Notes under the pieces: generated by a model
Told to the model about the DNA's origin: nothing
What the model saw: the letters and a program-made list of their open reading frames with translations, nothing else
Databases searched by the model: none
Shown: one piece after another, positions 27,668 through 32,000 of the stretch
How positions within the stretch are numbered: position 1 is the stretch's first letter
Layout: each line of letters begins with the position of its first letter
Made by a program: the position numbers and the translations under genes
Source: Acidothermus cellulolyticus 11B
GTDB lineage: Bacteria > Actinomycetota > Actinomycetes > Acidothermales > Acidothermaceae
Length of the DNA: 32,000 nt
Direction of reading: 5' to 3'
Assembly (NCBI RefSeq): GCF_000015025.1
Contig: NC_008578.1
Coordinates: 1,740,001 to 1,772,000 of the forward strand

Positions 27668-29098
27668 ATGACCGACAATCCGCCGCCCATTTCCGGCGAC
27701 CCGCACGCCATCGCCGAAACCGCCCGTCGCCTCATCGCGGCCGCGACCGGCGTGTCCGACGTCGGGCAACGCCTGCATTTCCTTGCTGCGACAGACAATT
27801 TCTGGTGGGGTACCGCGGCGGAGCGTGCGCACGATCGGACGCTTCACCTCGCCGCACCGCTGACCGTCGTTGCGGAGGCGTATCGCGCCGGCGGGAAGGT
27901 GCTGCGGCGCTACGCCATCCAATTGGACGACCTCCAGCACGAAGCCGAACGCGCCCAGCGTCGGGTCAGCCAGGCGGAAAGCGACGTGGCGGCGGCCCGC
28001 CACGCGCTCACGAGTGCCCTCGCGCACGATGCCGCAACCCGATCCGTCGCATGGGGACTGGGGGTTCCACCGCCGCCGGCCACCGCGCCGCGGTACAGCG
28101 CAGCCGTGACGGACGCCGAACACCAGCTCGCCGCCGCGAAAGAGCAGTTCACGTCCTGTCAAGAGAAATTTGCAGAATTGGCGCGGTCCACCGCACGCCG
28201 ATTGGACAACCTCCAACCGCCGGCACGCGACCACCGTCCGTGGTGGCACACCGTCACTCACCCGATGGCCCACTGGATTTCCCATCACTGGGCACACTTT
28301 CTCCGGCAGACCGCGCGGCTTGCCCAGAGCATCGGCACGGTCGCCGGTGTTGTCGCCCTGCTTCTCGCGGCGGTGGCCATCGCCTTTCCACCGCTGGAAA
28401 TCGCAGCCGGCGCCACGGAAGCCCTTGCCGCCGTCAGTAACACAACAGCGGGCGTCGCCCGGGCCGCTGTCGAGCTCTCCGAACCCACCGGCCGAACGGC
28501 GGGACTGGTGGACCTGGCGACCGTCAGTCTTCCCGGCCCGGCGCGGCGCATCGTCGCGAAAACCGGCGTCGGCCGGCTGGAAGCACCGACGCATCTCGCC
28601 ATCAGGCGGCCGCCACCGCCGTCGCGGGACATCCCCCTCGGGTTCCGCAATCGAGACGAATTCGCCGCATTTGGCGAGAGATTACAACGCGGATTAGCTG
28701 AGGCCGGGTATCCTAACGCGGTGGCAATCATGCAAGGGAGTTCGGTGACCGGCGTCAGCTTCCGGACGAAGGAGCCGTTCGACGTCGGACGCCGCAGCGA
28801 TTTCGATATCGCGTTGTGCGACGAGTCGCTGTTCCGCGCAGCAAAACATCACGGTGTTGATCTGCGCGCCTATGAGCGGACCGCTCCATTGAAAGCCCGA
28901 AAGAAAGAGAGCGTCGAGATCGCCCGACAGCTTGGCCTTGACGGACTCCAGCGCGAGCTCAGCGCCCGGGCCCGCCGCGACGTGGACTTCATGATTTTCC
29001 GGTATACCGGGACGGCGCTCATTCGGGCGCAGAGTATTCCTTTTCCGCCGTGGCGGGACCGGGTGCTCGGCCCGTCGCAACCGACACGATTCCAGTGA
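27668..29098 (+). CDS. Putative polymorphic-toxin-like protein: WXG100/T7SS-type N-terminal helical domain, one TM-like segment, and a C-terminal nucleotidyltransferase-fold-like domain
   Basis: Third-codon positions are G/C-biased in this frame. The N-terminus reads GDPHAIAETARRL....FWWGTAAERAHDR...AYRAGGKVLRRYAIQLDDLQHEAERAQRR, with the WxG at 27803..27811. A hydrophobic segment IGTVAGVVALLLAAVAIAFP spans 28331..28390. The C-terminus has QGSS (from 28736), SDFDIAL (28799..28807) and DVDFMIF. I prefer the ATG 27668 start to TTG 27605 or GTG 27626. Confidence 0.68.
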   Translation: MTDNPPPISGDPHAIAETARRLIAAATGVSDVGQRLHFLAATDNFWWGTAAERAHDRTLHLAAPLTVVAEAYRAGGKVLRRYAIQLDDLQHEAERAQRRVSQAESDVAAARHALTSALAHDAATRSVAWGLGVPPPPATAPRYSAAVTDAEHQLAAAKEQFTSCQEKFAELARSTARRLDNLQPPARDHRPWWHTVTHPMAHWISHHWAHFLRQTARLAQSIGTVAGVVALLLAAVAIAFPPLEIAAGATEALAAVSNTTAGVARAAVELSEPTGRTAGLVDLATVSLPGPARRIVAKTGVGRLEAPTHLAIRRPPPPSRDIPLGFRNRDEFAAFGERLQRGLAEAGYPNAVAIMQGSSVTGVSFRTKEPFDVGRRSDFDIALCDESLFRAAKHHGVDLRAYERTAPLKARKKESVEIARQLGLDGLQRELSARARRDVDFMIFRYTGTALIRAQSIPFPPWRDRVLGPSQPTRFQ

Positions 29099-29107
29099 GG
29101 ACGACGC

Positions 29108-29548
29108 ATGACCACACGGACTTCGCGCCGGACGCATCTCGCCGACGTGTACGGCGCATTCGGCGACGCATCGGGAGCATGGGATCTCGCCCTGGTCGGC
29201 ATGGGACGGGTGCTGCAGATCCTGGAGACCCAACTTGGCCTCAGCTTCGAGGCGCATGACAGCTCGTACTGCAACGGCCTGTACTTTGCGCAGTGCGGAC
29301 CGGACGAATCGTTCTCCGTGACGGTCTACAACAATGCGCCCTTCGACGACCTCGAGGAGATCGTGCATCTCCAATTCGCCGACTTTCCGGTCGTTATCAA
29401 CGTGTCCGGAGATCCCGCGGCGGTCGAACGGATTCGCCACCATTTCCGCGAACTCGGATACACGCTGCTGACACGCACGACCGTCGTAGAGTCCGATGAC
29501 CCGCCGCAGGACGCCTCCGACGACGACCGCTCTCGGACGCCGCAGTGA
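29108..29548 (+). CDS. Small acidic protein (146 aa), candidate cognate immunity protein
   Basis: The ATG at 29108 lies 9 nt after the upstream stop, and GAGGA (29097..29101) overlaps that stop. Codon bias is good. The C-terminus is acidic (ESDDPPQDASDDD). No family was recognised. The LETQLGLSF....NGLYF stretch is only loosely SUKH/SMI1-like. Confidence 0.6.
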   Translation: MTTRTSRRTHLADVYGAFGDASGAWDLALVGMGRVLQILETQLGLSFEAHDSSYCNGLYFAQCGPDESFSVTVYNNAPFDDLEEIVHLQFADFPVVINVSGDPAAVERIRHHFRELGYTLLTRTTVVESDDPPQDASDDDRSRTPQ

Positions 29549-29565
29549 GGCGGAGCGACGGACGC

Positions 29566-32000
29566 CTACGCCGGCTGCGGTTCGAGGTCCCGGTCCCGCA
29601 ACCGCTGACTGATGACCGTTGAGACACCGTCGCCGCGCATCGAAATACCGTACAACGCGTCGGCGATTTCCATCGTCGGTTGCTGGTGCGTGACGATGAT
29701 GAGTTGACTGCTCTCCCGCAACTCTTCGAAAATGTCCAACATCCGACGAAGATTCGTCTCGTCGAGGGCGGCTTCCACCTCATCGACGACGTAGAACGGG
29801 CTGGGCCGTGCCTTGAAGAGCGCGACCAGGAATGCGAGTGCGGTCAGTGACCGTTCGCCGCCGGAGAGCAGCGACAGACGCTTCACTTTCTTCCCCGCCG
29901 GCCGGGCTTCAATGTCGATACCGGTGGCGAGCAGGTCATTCGGCTCGGTGAGCACCAGGCGTCCCTCACCGCCGGGGAACAATCGTGCAAACACCTGCTC
30001 GAATTCCCGCGCGGTGTCCGCAAACGCCGACGCAAAGACCTCCTGCACCCGCTCATCCACCTCACGGACGATTTCCAGCAAATCACGCCTGCTCTTCTTC
30101 AGGTCTTCGAGCTGCTCGCTGAGAAAACGGTGGCGTTCCTCGAGCGCTGCGAATTCCTCCAAGGCCAGCGGATTCACCTTGCCGAGCGCAGCGAGGGCGC
30201 GTTCGGCCGACCGGGCCCGCTTTTCTTGTTCGGCCCGCACGTACGGGACAGTCTCGACGGCGTCCGTCTCACCGTCGGTTGCATCGGTCTCGGCCGCGAC
30301 CGGCACCGGAACATGCGGACCATATTCCGCGACCAGCGTGTCCGCGTCGACGCCGAATTCCTCCATTGCCCGCCCGGTGACCTGCTCCATCCGCAGCCGC
30401 AGTTCGGCGCGGGCCACCTCGTCACGGTGCACGGCATCCGTCAACTTCTCGAGTTCGTCACCGACTGCACGCAACTCGTCCCGGACCCGGGCAAGCTCCG
30501 CCTCCCGGGCGGCACGGTCATCATCCGCGACGCGCCGCTCGGCGTCCGCCTCGGTCAACGACCGCTCCAGCCGGCGCAGAATCACCCGCGAAGCCTGGGC
30601 CACCGCGGCTGCGACGACCGCCTCACGTCGCCGCACTTCCCGCTGCCGGGCCGCCCGAATCCGAGCCGCCCGTTCCGCCTGTGCTGCAGCGGACAGCTCC
30701 TCAGCCCGCTGCAACGCCGCCCGATAGCGTTCGTTCGCCGTGCCAACGGCAAGCCGTGCCTCAGTTTCTTCGGCGCGTGCGTCCGCGACAAGCTCTGCCA
30801 GCCGATCCCGCTCCTCCGCCGAGGGTTCTTCGGGGACGTCGTCCGCCTCTTGGGCGGCCGCAAGGGCGCGCTCCAATTCGGCAAGCCGCTCCCGATCCCG
30901 CTCGTTGGCCTCCCGGGCCTGCGCAATGGAACCGGCAAGCCGATCCGCTTCGGCCATTGCGGCCCGCGCCTGCGCTCCGAGGTGGCCAAGCTGCTCGGCA
31001 ATAGCGGCCATGGCGGCGTCCGACTCGTGGAGTTGGGCAAGCGCGGCGTCCGCCGCAGCCGCGGCCTGTTCACGGGCCTGTTCCGCCGCGGCTATCTCGA
31101 ACCGAAGCTGGTGCTGGCGTGCGACCACCTCGTCCAGCTGGCGGCGTGCATCGTCCAGGGCGGCCTGGACCTCCAAGAGGGACGGCGCTGTCGCTGACCC
31201 ACCGGCAGCCTCGGCGGCGGCCAGCAGGTCACCGTCCCGCGTGACGACGCGAAGGCCGGGGTGCCGGGTCACGAGCGCGTGCGCAGTCTGCAGGTCGTCG
31301 ACGACGACAACGTTGCGGAGCAGAACGTCCAGCGTGCCGCGGAATTCGGGTGCGGCATCGACGAGATCCCGTAACCAGCGGCCATCCGGCGGTGCTGTAC
31401 CGGCATGCCCGGATTCGGGCAATCCTCCGATCAATAGGGAGGTACGACCCGCGTCCTCTTCCTTGAGCCGCCGCATGCCGGCGAGTGCTGCGTCGACCGA
31501 GGTGACAGCGACGCCGTTGGCGACATCCCCAAGGACGGCGGCCAACGCGGCCTCGTAGCCGGCCTCGATCCGCAGCGTGCGGGCGACGGCACCCACCGTC
31601 CCCGGTACGGCGGCATCAAGCAGCGCCGCGGCACCGTCCTTGCGAGTCGCACTCAGCGCAAGCGCATCCACCCGAGCCGCGAGCGAGGCGCGCGCCCGCT
31701 CAAGCTCCCGTTCGCGCTCTCGAAGCGCCGCCAGCCGTTCCTCCGCCGCGGTCAGCGCCTCCGCCGCCCGTTCGTAGTCGGCATCCAGTCCGACTTCCCC
31801 TTCGTCGAGACCGGCGATCTGGCTTTCCAGTGCCTGAAATTCCTGCTGCGCCCGGTCCGCACGGGCCCGCGCCTCAGCAGCGGCGGCGGCAAGCCGGCCG
31901 ATCTCCTCCTCACCGGCCGCGACCCGAGTCCGCTGCGCAGCGACCTGGCCGGCCAGCCGGGCCAGCGTCTCCCGCCGATCCGCAGCCGCCCGCAGCGCGA
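29566..32000 (-). CDS. smc: Chromosome segregation protein SMC, C-terminal ~810 codons (continues beyond the right edge)
   Basis: The C-terminal ABC head shows the signature LSGGERSLTALAFLVALFKARPSPFYVVDEVEAALD. A long Ala/Glu/Arg/Leu coiled coil and a hinge (GTVGAVARTLRIEAGYEAALAAVLG) lie upstream. I checked by hand that the frame stays open from 31671 to at least 31860. The GTG at 31671 in the ORF track is internal. Confidence 0.95.
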   Translation of the reverse strand, partial: ALRAAADRRETLARLAGQVAAQRTRVAAGEEEIGRLAAAAAEARARADRAQQEFQALESQIAGLDEGEVGLDADYERAAEALTAAEERLAALRERERELERARASLAARVDALALSATRKDGAAALLDAAVPGTVGAVARTLRIEAGYEAALAAVLGDVANGVAVTSVDAALAGMRRLKEEDAGRTSLLIGGLPESGHAGTAPPDGRWLRDLVDAAPEFRGTLDVLLRNVVVVDDLQTAHALVTRHPGLRVVTRDGDLLAAAEAAGGSATAPSLLEVQAALDDARRQLDEVVARQHQLRFEIAAAEQAREQAAAAADAALAQLHESDAAMAAIAEQLGHLGAQARAAMAEADRLAGSIAQAREANERDRERLAELERALAAAQEADDVPEEPSAEERDRLAELVADARAEETEARLAVGTANERYRAALQRAEELSAAAQAERAARIRAARQREVRRREAVVAAAVAQASRVILRRLERSLTEADAERRVADDDRAAREAELARVRDELRAVGDELEKLTDAVHRDEVARAELRLRMEQVTGRAMEEFGVDADTLVAEYGPHVPVPVAAETDATDGETDAVETVPYVRAEQEKRARSAERALAALGKVNPLALEEFAALEERHRFLSEQLEDLKKSRRDLLEIVREVDERVQEVFASAFADTAREFEQVFARLFPGGEGRLVLTEPNDLLATGIDIEARPAGKKVKRLSLLSGGERSLTALAFLVALFKARPSPFYVVDEVEAALDETNLRRMLDIFEELRESSQLIIVTHQQPTMEIADALYGISMRGDGVSTVISQRLRDRDLEPQPA

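Noticed and set aside
27448-29443. Alternative-frame or antisense ORFs in the ftsY-smc island (27448..28440 +, 27653..28594 -, 28694..29443 -)
   Set aside because: Their composition is Arg/Pro/Gly-rich. The 27668..29098 and 29108..29548 frames show the expected third-position G/C bias and recognisable motifs.

Overview
This is a high-GC actinobacterial chromosome segment, transcribed almost entirely from the minus strand. It is collinear with the conserved rpsB...smc housekeeping block (Rv2890c to Rv2922c in M. tuberculosis terms). Gene order, left to right: rpsB (5' end only); M23 peptidase (+); P-type ATPase (+); whiG-xerC-dprA-yifB/comM-yraN; methyltransferase and SARP regulator; DUF2469-rnhB; a 475-aa ORF; lepB-rplS-trmD-rimM-KH-rpsP; amidohydrolase-ffh; glnD-glnK-amtB; ftsY; two plus-strand ORFs; smc (3' part, runs off the right edge). 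I recognised no rRNA, tRNA, CRISPR array, IS element or phage-type integrase. Three places break the conserved synteny and are the interesting part. (1) A lower-GC single-gene cassette (13891-15318) lies between lepB and rnhB. It is bracketed by a 10-bp direct repeat, and its product carries a RecB/Cas4-type PD-(D/E)XK signature (D..ExK..QxxxY) between unknown N- and C-terminal modules. (2) A plus-strand two-gene island (27668-29548) lies between ftsY and smc. It reads like a WXG100/T7SS-type polymorphic toxin with a nucleotidyltransferase-fold-like C-terminus, followed by a small acidic immunity-like protein. (3) An orphan SARP regulator is paired with an Rv2258c-like methyltransferase. In addition, five of the longer intergenic spacers each contain their own imperfect tandem duplication (periods 18-61 nt). 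All functional calls rest on my reading of translated motifs and on remembered synteny, not on database searches.
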